Source: an uncultured Bifidobacteriaceae bacterium | Lineage (GTDB): Bacteria; Verrucomicrobiota; Verrucomicrobiia; Limisphaerales; JADLHS01 | DNA: 64,000 nucleotides | Direction: 5' to 3' | Assembly (NCBI GenBank): GCA_964458575.1 | Contig: CAYWMD010000030.1 | Location: forward strand, 6,973-70,972 | Shown: in pieces, positions 19,323 through 27,609 of the stretch | How positions within the stretch are numbered: position 1 is the first letter of the stretch | Layout of the letters: every line of letters begins with the position of its first letter | The notes under the pieces: generated by a model | What the model was told of the DNA's origin: nothing | What the model saw: the letters and a program-made list of their open reading frames with translations, nothing else | Database searches by the model: none | Program-made: the position numbers and the translations under genes

Positions 19323-20550
19323 TGCGTCCGGCGGGCGCGTTTCGCCGCTCATACACCCGGCACACTTCCGCAAACACCTGCTCCACGGTGATGAGCTGCA
19401 TGCAAACGTTGTTGCGGCAGGACGATTGCCGGTTGTTGTACGCGTTCACACACGGACTGCAAACGATGCCGGCCCACAGCACGGAATTCCGCGGGGTGCG
19501 GGCGGCAAACAGTTTCGGTGTTTCGGGGCCAAACAAGGTCACCACGTTGATCGGCGTGAGGGTCGCGAAGTGCGCCGGACCGCTGTCATTGGTCACCAGC
19601 ACGTCGGCCAGCGTGTAAAGCACGAGCAATTGCCGCAGCGTCGTCCGGCCGGCGAACGATACGCACCGCTCCGAGCCGACCTGCCGGACCAGTTCCGTCG
19701 TCGCCGCCGCTTCGCCCGGTGCGCCGGTCATGCCGATGCGCACCTGCGGATACGCAGCCAATAAACGGCGGGCCAGTTCCACATACCGCTCGCTCGGCCA
19801 GCGCCGCAAGGGCAGCAGATCGCTCGCATTCGGATTCAGCAGGATCAATCCCGCTTCCGTCCCGCTGCCTGCCGTCTTCACCAGTTCCCGAACCTGCTCA
19901 ACCTCGTTCGCCGTGGGCGCGAATTGCGGTGACTCTGTTGTTGCGGCCGGACGGTAGTCAAAAGCGGGCAGCAAATCCGCCGGCCGCCGCACGGCTTCGA
20001 CCAGCGACAAAAATGTTTCGCTGGTGTGCCAGTGCGGATTGTACAGCAGCCGGTGGGTCATCAAATCCCCCCGATAAGGACCGTCCCCCTGGAACGAGTG
20101 AAATCCCGCGCGCCGCCGCGCGCCGCTCAAAAACGTCAGGGCCGCCGAGCCGCGCGAAAAAAATTCCAGGTCAACCGCAGCCTCCAACTTGAGCCCACGC
20201 AACCGCCGGATTGCCCTCAGCGCGCTGACCATCAGCCCCGGAAGACTCCGGAACGAAATCGTGATGACATTCGGTTCGGGAATGATGCCCAGGACATCCA
20301 GGATGAAACGGTTCTCGTCCAGCGCGATGAAATAGACATTTTCGCGCCCGGCGATTTCAACCGCCCGCCGCAAGGCAGCCTGGGCCAGCACCGTCGAGCC
20401 TTGCTCCGCCAGCTTGACGAACAGGATGCGGCGCGGCGGCTGCGAACCGTCCGGCGTGGAGCGGCCAAAAACGGCGCGGAGGACCGACAACAGGAAACAA
20501 AGCGGCACCCCCAGCCATTGATCGGCTCGTTGCAAAGCTTTGACGTTCAT
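19315..20550 (-). CDS. GT9 glycosyltransferase (heptosyltransferase family)
   Basis: ATG verified at 20550. RILFVKLAEQGSTVL and LVTNDSGPAHFA...LFGPETP...CSPC are GT9 signatures. Confidence 0.8.
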   Translation of the reverse strand: MNVKALQRADQWLGVPLCFLLSVLRAVFGRSTPDGSQPPRRILFVKLAEQGSTVLAQAALRRAVEIAGRENVYFIALDENRFILDVLGIIPEPNVITISFRSLPGLMVSALRAIRRLRGLKLEAAVDLEFFSRGSAALTFLSGARRRAGFHSFQGDGPYRGDLMTHRLLYNPHWHTSETFLSLVEAVRRPADLLPAFDYRPAATTESPQFAPTANEVEQVRELVKTAGSGTEAGLILLNPNASDLLPLRRWPSERYVELARRLLAAYPQVRIGMTGAPGEAAATTELVRQVGSERCVSFAGRTTLRQLLVLYTLADVLVTNDSGPAHFATLTPINVVTLFGPETPKLFAARTPRNSVLWAGIVCSPCVNAYNNRQSSCRNNVCMQLITVEQVFAEVCRVYERRNAPAGRNA

Positions 20551-20886
20551 GCGGCAAAAAATCGGTTGCCCGGGGCACAGTTTTTGAAAACTGCGCCAGA
20601 CTGTGCGGGTTCAAAGGGGAAGATTCAAGCGCCTTCCTGCGCCGTAATTCGCCGGAATGGCCGCTCGACGTGGCGAGGGTTGGCGCGCCAGCGCGAGTAG
20701 AGAGCGATTCCACCTGGTCGCGACTCTTCTGTTTTGGCAGCGAGTCGCCTGTTCCGCTGCCTGGCCCTGACTGGTCAACCGGAAGATGGCTTGCAAAGCC
20801 GAAGAGTGGATTTGAAGGCCGGCCCAACCCCGGTCGCCCGATTCGCTCGAGTTGACGATACGCCCGCCCCATCGAAGCGCCGCAGT

Positions 20887-21717
20887 TTACAGGGGCAGGG
20901 AAATTCCCGCGAACACGACCGGGCTGCTTTTGACCTCGAAACCGAGATGCATGATGCCGCCCTGCTTGAAGGCTTTCGAACACTTTACCACGAACCGGGC
21001 CTCGTCTTCGTGCCGGCCAAACTGATAGGACGTGCCGGCATCCAAAGCGAACCCCTGGCCCACCGGCAGGGACACCGCGACATCAAACCGGTGATCCGTC
21101 AGGTCCTGGAAATAGTAACGCACGTGGCCCAGCAGAATCAGCCGGTCTTCCTCCTGGAAACGTACGCCAAGAAACGTGTAAGGGTTGGTTCGAAACGGCC
21201 GGATGCCGTAACTCACCACCCGCTTTTGTGCCAAGTCCTGCCACCAACGCCGTTCGGCCGGCCGGTAGCCGGGATTCAGCGGTTGGACGGCCTCCTCTTC
21301 CACCGCATCCACCGAATTCAGGAAGAGATCGGCCAACGCGTCCTGTCGCCCCTCCAGCCAGTTGGCGATGGGCATGACCACGGACGCGTCGCGGAAGCTG
21401 TATTGGAGCGATTTCGTCAAGGCATGCTTCATCTTCCGGTTGCTGCGGTCCACGACTTGATGCCAGCTCTCGCTCGCCTGATTCATCTGCCAGCCCATGA
21501 CCTTGAGCGGATGCAGGCTGTCCGTGAAAACCTGGGCCGACCGGTTATCGAAGGCTTGTTGGAAATGCTCCCAAAATCCCGATGGCTCCCGGTTTCCGTC
21601 CCCCTCGACCTCGGGCAAAGGTTTGAGGTATTCGAGGCTCAACTCCTCGGTTGCACCCAAGGCACCGCACAACGCTGTTATCGCCACGCACGCCCAGAGC
21701 CGGCTCGCAACGTTCAC
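20887..21717 (-). CDS. hypothetical secreted protein, possibly outer-membrane associated
   Basis: GTG start followed directly by the signal peptide MNVASRLWACVAITALCGALGA. The C-terminal third has alternating beta-like segments. No family recognised. Confidence 0.55.
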   Translation of the reverse strand: MNVASRLWACVAITALCGALGATEELSLEYLKPLPEVEGDGNREPSGFWEHFQQAFDNRSAQVFTDSLHPLKVMGWQMNQASESWHQVVDRSNRKMKHALTKSLQYSFRDASVVMPIANWLEGRQDALADLFLNSVDAVEEEAVQPLNPGYRPAERRWWQDLAQKRVVSYGIRPFRTNPYTFLGVRFQEEDRLILLGHVRYYFQDLTDHRFDVAVSLPVGQGFALDAGTSYQFGRHEDEARFVVKCSKAFKQGGIMHLGFEVKSSPVVFAGISLPL

Positions 21718-22500
21718 AAAGCATTCCTTGGGTGAAGGGTGAAACGGTTTCGATCGGAGTTCGCTTCCGAGTTCTGGGACACAACTGCTCCGCTGCTAGA
21801 ATTCCCGCCTGGGTGTGGAATCTCCGCTCTGGTTGAACATCTCCTTCTCTCCCATGCTTGAAGCGTGATCATCCTCGCACCTTCGACTGCCGCCATCGAA
21901 AGCATTGCGGGTGCCGGGAGTAATTCACCCGGTTAGCTGGGAATATCCCGAATGGCGGGACATCAGCAATTCCGCCTGAGCCGGCTCTGGCGACCTTGGA
22001 TAACTCCCGAAACGCGCGGGGTTGTTGACCTCCAAAGCCGGGTTCCGGCAAATGCACTGTATGATTCAGCGACCGCCTGTCCCAATTGGAGAATCGGCAT
22101 CCTGCCCGGATTGCCGGGCAACCGCCGCAGCTTCCCATTCCAAGCCCGGCAGCAGCGGCCGGCCCAATCTGTGGCGAAACCATCGCCACTTCGATCGTGG
22201 GCTCGGGGCGGCGCACTACCAAAGAGGACGCCTTGCCTCTCCCCGCTTCGTGAGTTGCGTTTGACTCAACTGAGTGACAGGCCACCTTCCGTTTGAACAG
22301 CACTCCCGCTGTTTACGCAAAAGAGCCAAGGCCGCCCCGCACGAGTTCAAACCGTACTTTTACGGTAACCGTAGCGCGCCGGTTTTTGAAGCCGCTTGCA
22401 AAGTTACGCTGGAAGTTTGCTATTGCCCTGCGTCCGGAGAAGTTCTAACCTAAATCCTCGGCTGGGTGGATAACCGAAGACTCCAAATGAACGGCCATTG

Positions 22501-24009
22501 ATGAACCTTCTCCCGTTACTCATCTGCGCCATCACGGGACTGATCACGACGCTGGTCATCGTGCCGGTCATCCGCCGTTTGGCGGCGCGGGCGCTGCTCA
22601 ACGAGCAAGGTGGCGAGTTTCATCATCGGCATCATACGTCGGTGTCGCGTCTGGGAGGCGTGGCCCTCGCGACGGCCTTTATCGTGGTGGCAGTGGTTGG
22701 CTCTGTGAGCTTCGCGCCATCCGGGCTGCCCCTGCGCGAAAATGCCGTGATTCTCCTGAGTTCACTGGCCATGTTCGGACTGGGACTTTGGGATGATCTG
22801 CGCCGACTCGGCGCCCGCAAGAAGTTGATGGGGCAGATCTTGATTTCGACGGCGGTTTGCGTGTGCGGGGTGGCGATTGACACCTTCAAGAATCCGCTCA
22901 CCGGACAGCTCTACCACCTTGGATTCTGGAGCGTGCCCGTCACAATCCTCTGGTTGGTCGCACTGACCAACATCGTCAACCTGATTGACGGTGTAGATGG
23001 CCTGGCCGGTGGCATCGCCCTGATGCTGATGGGGCTGCTAGTGTATGTCGGCCTCGGGGCCGAGACCAACTTTCAAACCGTTTGCGCCGCTGGCATGTTC
23101 GGGGCGCTGCTCGGTTTTCTGCGCTACAACTTTCCCCCGGCCAAAATCTACATGGGCGATGGCGGCGCCTATTTCCTCGGCTTCCTGATTGCGATCCTGA
23201 CGGTGGTGAATTCGCAGAAAGGCACCATCGTCGCCGCACTGATCGCCCCTTTGTTCGCGCTCGCGCTCCCAATCCTGGACGTCAGTCTGGCGATTTTGCG
23301 CCGCGCCCTGAAAGGCCTGCCCATCTTCCGGGCGGACCGCAACCATCTGCATCACAAGCTTCTGGAAACCGGTTTCACCCGCCGCCGCGTCGTGCTGATT
23401 CTGTACGGAATTTCTTCGATGTGTCTCCTCATGGGGTTTGGGGTGCTGTGGTCGCAGGGACGCTGGGCGCCGATTTTCTTCGGATTCCTGTGCGTCTTGC
23501 TCCTGTTGTCCGCCCGTTCCTTCCATTTCAGCCGAGAGTGGTTTGCCGTGGGGCGGGTCCTCGAAAACTCGCTGGCCATGCGGAAGGACTCCTACTACGC
23601 CCTGGCGTTGGCACGGTGGCTGGAACTGGAAGCCGAGCGCGGCGGACCGCTGCCGGCCTTGTGGGAGGATTTCGTTTTCGCCGCCCGGAAGCTCGGCTTT
23701 ACCTTTGTGGAACTGAAGATTGAAAATGAGACGCTCAGTTGGCGCTCACCAACGCATCCCGACAGCACACGGTCCTGGCGGTGCACCCACCATCTTGAAC
23801 TCAACGGCGACATGGCCCTGGGATTCGGCGTGGACCGCGATGCCATGTCCCACCGCTTGTTTGAACATCTCGCGGAGTTGGCGGCCGAGTGCTGGCTGAA
23901 GACGGCGACGCGCTGGCAGGCTGCAACCAAACTGCCGCTGCGATTCAATCCCATTGTGCCGGCAACCGACGACCCGAAGGTCCCGCTCGAACCGGCGAAG
24001 TGCGCCTGA
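22501..24009 (+). CDS. MraY/WecA-family polyprenyl-phosphate N-acetylhexosamine-1-phosphate transferase with a ~164-aa C-terminal cytoplasmic extension
   Basis: ATG at 22501 (the track start is TTG 22498). Motifs WDDLRRLGARKKL, NLIDGVDGLAGG and IYMGDGGAYFLGF. The sequence after the last TM helix (about residue 340 onward) has no recognisable family. Confidence 0.85.
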   Translation: MNLLPLLICAITGLITTLVIVPVIRRLAARALLNEQGGEFHHRHHTSVSRLGGVALATAFIVVAVVGSVSFAPSGLPLRENAVILLSSLAMFGLGLWDDLRRLGARKKLMGQILISTAVCVCGVAIDTFKNPLTGQLYHLGFWSVPVTILWLVALTNIVNLIDGVDGLAGGIALMLMGLLVYVGLGAETNFQTVCAAGMFGALLGFLRYNFPPAKIYMGDGGAYFLGFLIAILTVVNSQKGTIVAALIAPLFALALPILDVSLAILRRALKGLPIFRADRNHLHHKLLETGFTRRRVVLILYGISSMCLLMGFGVLWSQGRWAPIFFGFLCVLLLLSARSFHFSREWFAVGRVLENSLAMRKDSYYALALARWLELEAERGGPLPALWEDFVFAARKLGFTFVELKIENETLSWRSPTHPDSTRSWRCTHHLELNGDMALGFGVDRDAMSHRLFEHLAELAAECWLKTATRWQAATKLPLRFNPIVPATDDPKVPLEPAKCA

Positions 24010-24123
24010 AGCACCGGCTGCGGCGGCATTTCCATTTCGGCTCTCCGGCTTCAGGCAACGGCTCGACCTCCACTCCAGTTCAGCGTTATGGTTTCCCCCG
24101 CTTCCTGCCGCCCGACGGCGGTC

Positions 24124-24669
24124 CTACCCGAGTCGCCTCCGTGCGTCCCCCTCCCGCAGCACCTGATTCAGCGGGAGTTCCACGGCCGTCTGCCGACCCA
24201 AAAATTCCAGGAGGACGGTGACGCGTTGGCGCGCCGGCAAGACCTGCGTGACCACGGCTTCCAATCCCTGGAGCGCTCCGCCTGCCAGTTGCACCGTTTC
24301 TCCCACCTCGGGTACGCCGGACAAAATGCGCAATTCTTCCTGCCCGAAGATTTGTCGCAAATCCTCGATGACGGGGGCGGGAATCGTCGGCCACCGGTCA
24401 CCGAAATGAATGACGCCGCTGACACCGGGCGCATGATGGACGCGGCGCAAGGACGCTTCCCAGCCAAAGCGCGCAAAGAGATAATTGGGAAACAAAGCTT
24501 CAGTGACCCACGCAACCCCCTGGCGCGTCTTGCGACGAAAACGGATTCGCGGCAGAAAAACTTCGACCCCGTCCATTTGACGGAGGTGGCCCGCGGCGAT
24601 GTGTTCATGTTTCGGTTGTGCCCGCAGGCAGAACCAGGCGATTACATTCTGTGGTTGAGAGTTGCTCAA
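24124..24669 (-). CDS. NusG-family transcription antiterminator paralog (RfaH/UpxY-like)
   Basis: NGN-like N-terminus WFCLRAQPKHEHIAAGHL...EALFPNYLFARF. KOW-like C-terminus GETVQLAGGALQGLEAVVTQV...VTVLLEFLGRQTAVELP. TTG start. Not in the secE-nusG-rplK context. Confidence 0.75.
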   Translation of the reverse strand: MSNSQPQNVIAWFCLRAQPKHEHIAAGHLRQMDGVEVFLPRIRFRRKTRQGVAWVTEALFPNYLFARFGWEASLRRVHHAPGVSGVIHFGDRWPTIPAPVIEDLRQIFGQEELRILSGVPEVGETVQLAGGALQGLEAVVTQVLPARQRVTVLLEFLGRQTAVELPLNQVLREGDARRRLG

Positions 24670-24736
24670 AACAGGGTCCTCCGGAAATCAAACCACCCAC
24701 AAACCGACCGCGCGTCCTACGCGGCAGACATCCGAT

Positions 24737-26833
24737 TTACCCGCGTGCGCGCCGGGCGGGAGCGTAATACTCGTTGTAGCGGTAGTAATAATAGTCGGCG
24801 GAGTTGGGTTGGACCCCGTTGAAGACCAGACCGAGCACATTCACCCGCCGCTGATACAGGAGATCCAGCGCGGCCCGGGCAACCCGGCCCGAGGTGTAAT
24901 TGGCCCGGATGACAAAGAGCACGCCCTCCGCGTGGGGTGAAAGGCTGGCGACATCATCCGCGGCCATCACGGGCGGTGTGTCCAGGATGACGTACTGATA
25001 CTCGGCTGATAACTCCTCGATCAATTTGAGGGTGACGGCACTCAGGAACATCTCGCCCGGACTATGCGCGGTGTTGCCCCGGGCCAGCAGGTCAAGTTTG
25101 GCAGTTGCCGTGGCACGCACCAGACTGCGCCAGTTCGCGCCCTCGGCGAGGATTTCCGTCAACCCCGGCACCGCTTCCACGCCGAAATGCCGATGTAACA
25201 TCCCTTTTCGGAGGTCGGCGTCCACCAGCAGGACGCGTGACCCCGCCAGCGCCAGGGTGATCGCCAGGTTCGCCGCGGTCATGGATTTGCCATCGCTGGG
25301 CACGGCGCTCGTAATCAGAATGACTCGCGACGCTCGGCCCTCATTTGCCATGAAAATCAGCGAAGAACGCAGACTGCGATAAGCCTCGAGAAAGGTGTGC
25401 CGTTCATCATCCGGCCGGATGAAAGGGACCGGCGTGTTGCGGTCCGGCCGGTGTTCCATGGGAATTTGCGCCAGCACGTTCTCGTCGAACAAGTCCTGCA
25501 AGTCCGCGAAGGAGGTGGGCCGGTCATCCAGCCGCTCGATCAGTAACAGCAATCCCAGCGCCGCCGCCAAGCCCACCGCCGCCCCAACACTGAGGACCAC
25601 CACGGGATTATCCCGCGCGGGAATCGCCGGCGAGGCGCGATCCAGAATGGCCACGCTATCCTGGCTGATGTCCTTGTCCACGCCAATCGTCTGCATCGCG
25701 GCCAGCAACCGATCGTAAAGGTTTTGCGCCCGCTTCTTGCCATCGCGAATACGGTCGTACTCCGCCATCTTCTTGCTCAACTCCAGCGACTTCGCTTCCC
25801 ACTCTCGCATCTCCTTCTCGAGGTTTTCGATTTGCAGGGCGCCGGCTTTCCGTTTTTTTTCGAGGCTTTCCTGGCTCTGCTCCTTGAAGATGTCCAGCAA
25901 CTTTTCGCGCCGGGAAATGTCCGCGCTCAACGCGACCATGCGGGGATGCTTGGGCTTGAGATACTCGGACCATTCCTGAAGTTCGGCCTTCCTTAACTGC
26001 AATTCCTGTTTCGCCTTGAAGTAATCGTTGTGGAGCAACGTTATGGGACTGTTGCCCGCCTCCGACTCGTCGCCGCCCCCGGTTGTCATCAGGGGTTTGT
26101 TCCGCTGGCGCTCCAGGTTTTGATCGAGGTCGAGGAGGGTCAGCAACTGCTGCTCCGTCTTGAGTTGGGCCAGGTCACCCGTCAGCTTCACCAGATACTT
26201 GGCGGCGTAATTGCCCTGCTCCTGAACGGCCGCGATGTTGTTGGTGGTCTGGAAATTCAACTCTTCGCCTTCGTACTTTTTGATGTCGCGTTCCAGCGAT
26301 GTGACCTGATCGGTCAAATCGCCGAGCGTCGCCTCGGATGTGGTGGTACGCATGTCCTTTTTGAGCAAAAGGTATTCGTCCATGCACGCATCGAGATACG
26401 CCCGGGTGAACTCCGGCTCGGCGCCAATCGCTTGCAGGTTGAAAATCGTTGTCTTGGCTGTGACCGAAGCCCGCAGGTTGACCGAGCCGAGCGTCAGGCC
26501 GGACTTGAGCGCTTTGACCCGCTCGTAGGCCTTCTCGCGGACCTTGGGACTCGTCATCAACGCCATTTGTGTGCCCAGGAACTGGCTCATCTCCTCCATG
26601 TAATTGACGCCCAACTGCGGGTTGATTTTGATCGCCACGTACATCCGGCCCGTGGACATGAAGGCCGGCGGCGCGGTCCAGAGGCGATAGCCCTGGATAA
26701 TCAGACCAGCCACGACTCCGAGCGGCAGAACCCACCAGCGCTTCTTCGCCAGGTTTTTGTAGCGCTGAACGTAGTTGTAGAACTGGGTGGACCGTTCCGA
26801 ACGGCTGATGGTGGGTGCAAGCGGTTCGTTCAT
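24737..26833 (-). CDS. polysaccharide co-polymerase / BY-kinase (Wzc/GumC-like tyrosine autokinase)
   Basis: ATG verified at 26833. Wzz-like N-terminus with two TM segments and a long coiled region. Walker A is SAVPSDGKSMTAANLA, followed by VLLVDADLRKG. The C-terminal Tyr cluster is NSADYYYYRYNEYY. Confidence 0.9.
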   Translation of the reverse strand: MNEPLAPTISRSERSTQFYNYVQRYKNLAKKRWWVLPLGVVAGLIIQGYRLWTAPPAFMSTGRMYVAIKINPQLGVNYMEEMSQFLGTQMALMTSPKVREKAYERVKALKSGLTLGSVNLRASVTAKTTIFNLQAIGAEPEFTRAYLDACMDEYLLLKKDMRTTTSEATLGDLTDQVTSLERDIKKYEGEELNFQTTNNIAAVQEQGNYAAKYLVKLTGDLAQLKTEQQLLTLLDLDQNLERQRNKPLMTTGGGDESEAGNSPITLLHNDYFKAKQELQLRKAELQEWSEYLKPKHPRMVALSADISRREKLLDIFKEQSQESLEKKRKAGALQIENLEKEMREWEAKSLELSKKMAEYDRIRDGKKRAQNLYDRLLAAMQTIGVDKDISQDSVAILDRASPAIPARDNPVVVLSVGAAVGLAAALGLLLLIERLDDRPTSFADLQDLFDENVLAQIPMEHRPDRNTPVPFIRPDDERHTFLEAYRSLRSSLIFMANEGRASRVILITSAVPSDGKSMTAANLAITLALAGSRVLLVDADLRKGMLHRHFGVEAVPGLTEILAEGANWRSLVRATATAKLDLLARGNTAHSPGEMFLSAVTLKLIEELSAEYQYVILDTPPVMAADDVASLSPHAEGVLFVIRANYTSGRVARAALDLLYQRRVNVLGLVFNGVQPNSADYYYYRYNEYYAPARRARG

Positions 26834-26838
26834 GTCGG

Positions 26839-27597
26839 TTACCAGCCAAAGTTAATCTTGCTTTGCGGAACGATGATGAAATCGTCGGGTTGGAGCGTGA
26901 CATCCTGCTCCGTCATCCCCTCCTTGAGGACGTTGACCATGTTGACCAAGATGGTCTCGTTGCCGGCCGGCGTCTTGCGGATGATCTGCACTTTTTTGGG
27001 GTTGGCAAAGTCGCCAAACCCGCCCGCCTTCATGATCGCCTTGCCCGCCGTAAAATTCTCGTTCGCCGGTATGTCCACCGCCCCGGGGTTGCGCACCGGG
27101 CCGTAGATATAAACGCGCCCCAACACGCGGCTCAATGCGTCCAAACCGATGACCACCGTGGCCTGATGATAATAGTCCTTCTCCAACGCGACTTTGGCCT
27201 CCGCGGCCAACTGGCTGCACGTTTTGCCCGTGACGCTGACCCGCCCGATATACGGAACATCCAGGTCTCCGGATTCAGCGACCGTCAGGCGAACGGCATT
27301 CGTCCGGTCCTCCAGAATCTGAAAGCTGATTTGATCTCCGGGCACAAGCTTGTGTTTGTCGTCGAGCACATACGAACCGAGCACGTTCGTGGCTTCGACC
27401 GCAGTCGCGTTGGTGGCGAGACCCAGAACCGTCTCGGCCGGTTTCGCCACCGGGGTCGCAGTGGGTGAAGTCAAATCCTTGGGTGCCGGCAGGAAACCCG
27501 CCGAATCCCGCGACGGCTCCTGGGCCAAAGCTCCCGGTCGAACGACCATCGTCAGACAGAAAACCCCCAGCACGCTGTAAAGCAGTTTGCCACTCAT
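26839..27597 (-). CDS. polysaccharide export protein (Wza-like Poly_export + SLBB)
   Basis: ATG verified at 27597. Signal peptide, then YVLDDKHKLVPGDQISFQILED (Poly_export-like) and an SLBB-like segment VYIYGPVRNPGAVDIP. Confidence 0.85.
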   Translation of the reverse strand: MSGKLLYSVLGVFCLTMVVRPGALAQEPSRDSAGFLPAPKDLTSPTATPVAKPAETVLGLATNATAVEATNVLGSYVLDDKHKLVPGDQISFQILEDRTNAVRLTVAESGDLDVPYIGRVSVTGKTCSQLAAEAKVALEKDYYHQATVVIGLDALSRVLGRVYIYGPVRNPGAVDIPANENFTAGKAIMKAGGFGDFANPKKVQIIRKTPAGNETILVNMVNVLKEGMTEQDVTLQPDDFIIVPQSKINFGW

Positions 27598-27609
27598 TCT
27601 GGAGCGTTA

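Noticed and set aside
21737-21747. GGGTGAAACGG resembles a conserved RNase P RNA segment.
   Set aside because: The other universal RNase P elements, such as GAGGAAAGTCC, are absent on either strand nearby, so the match is too short to mean anything.
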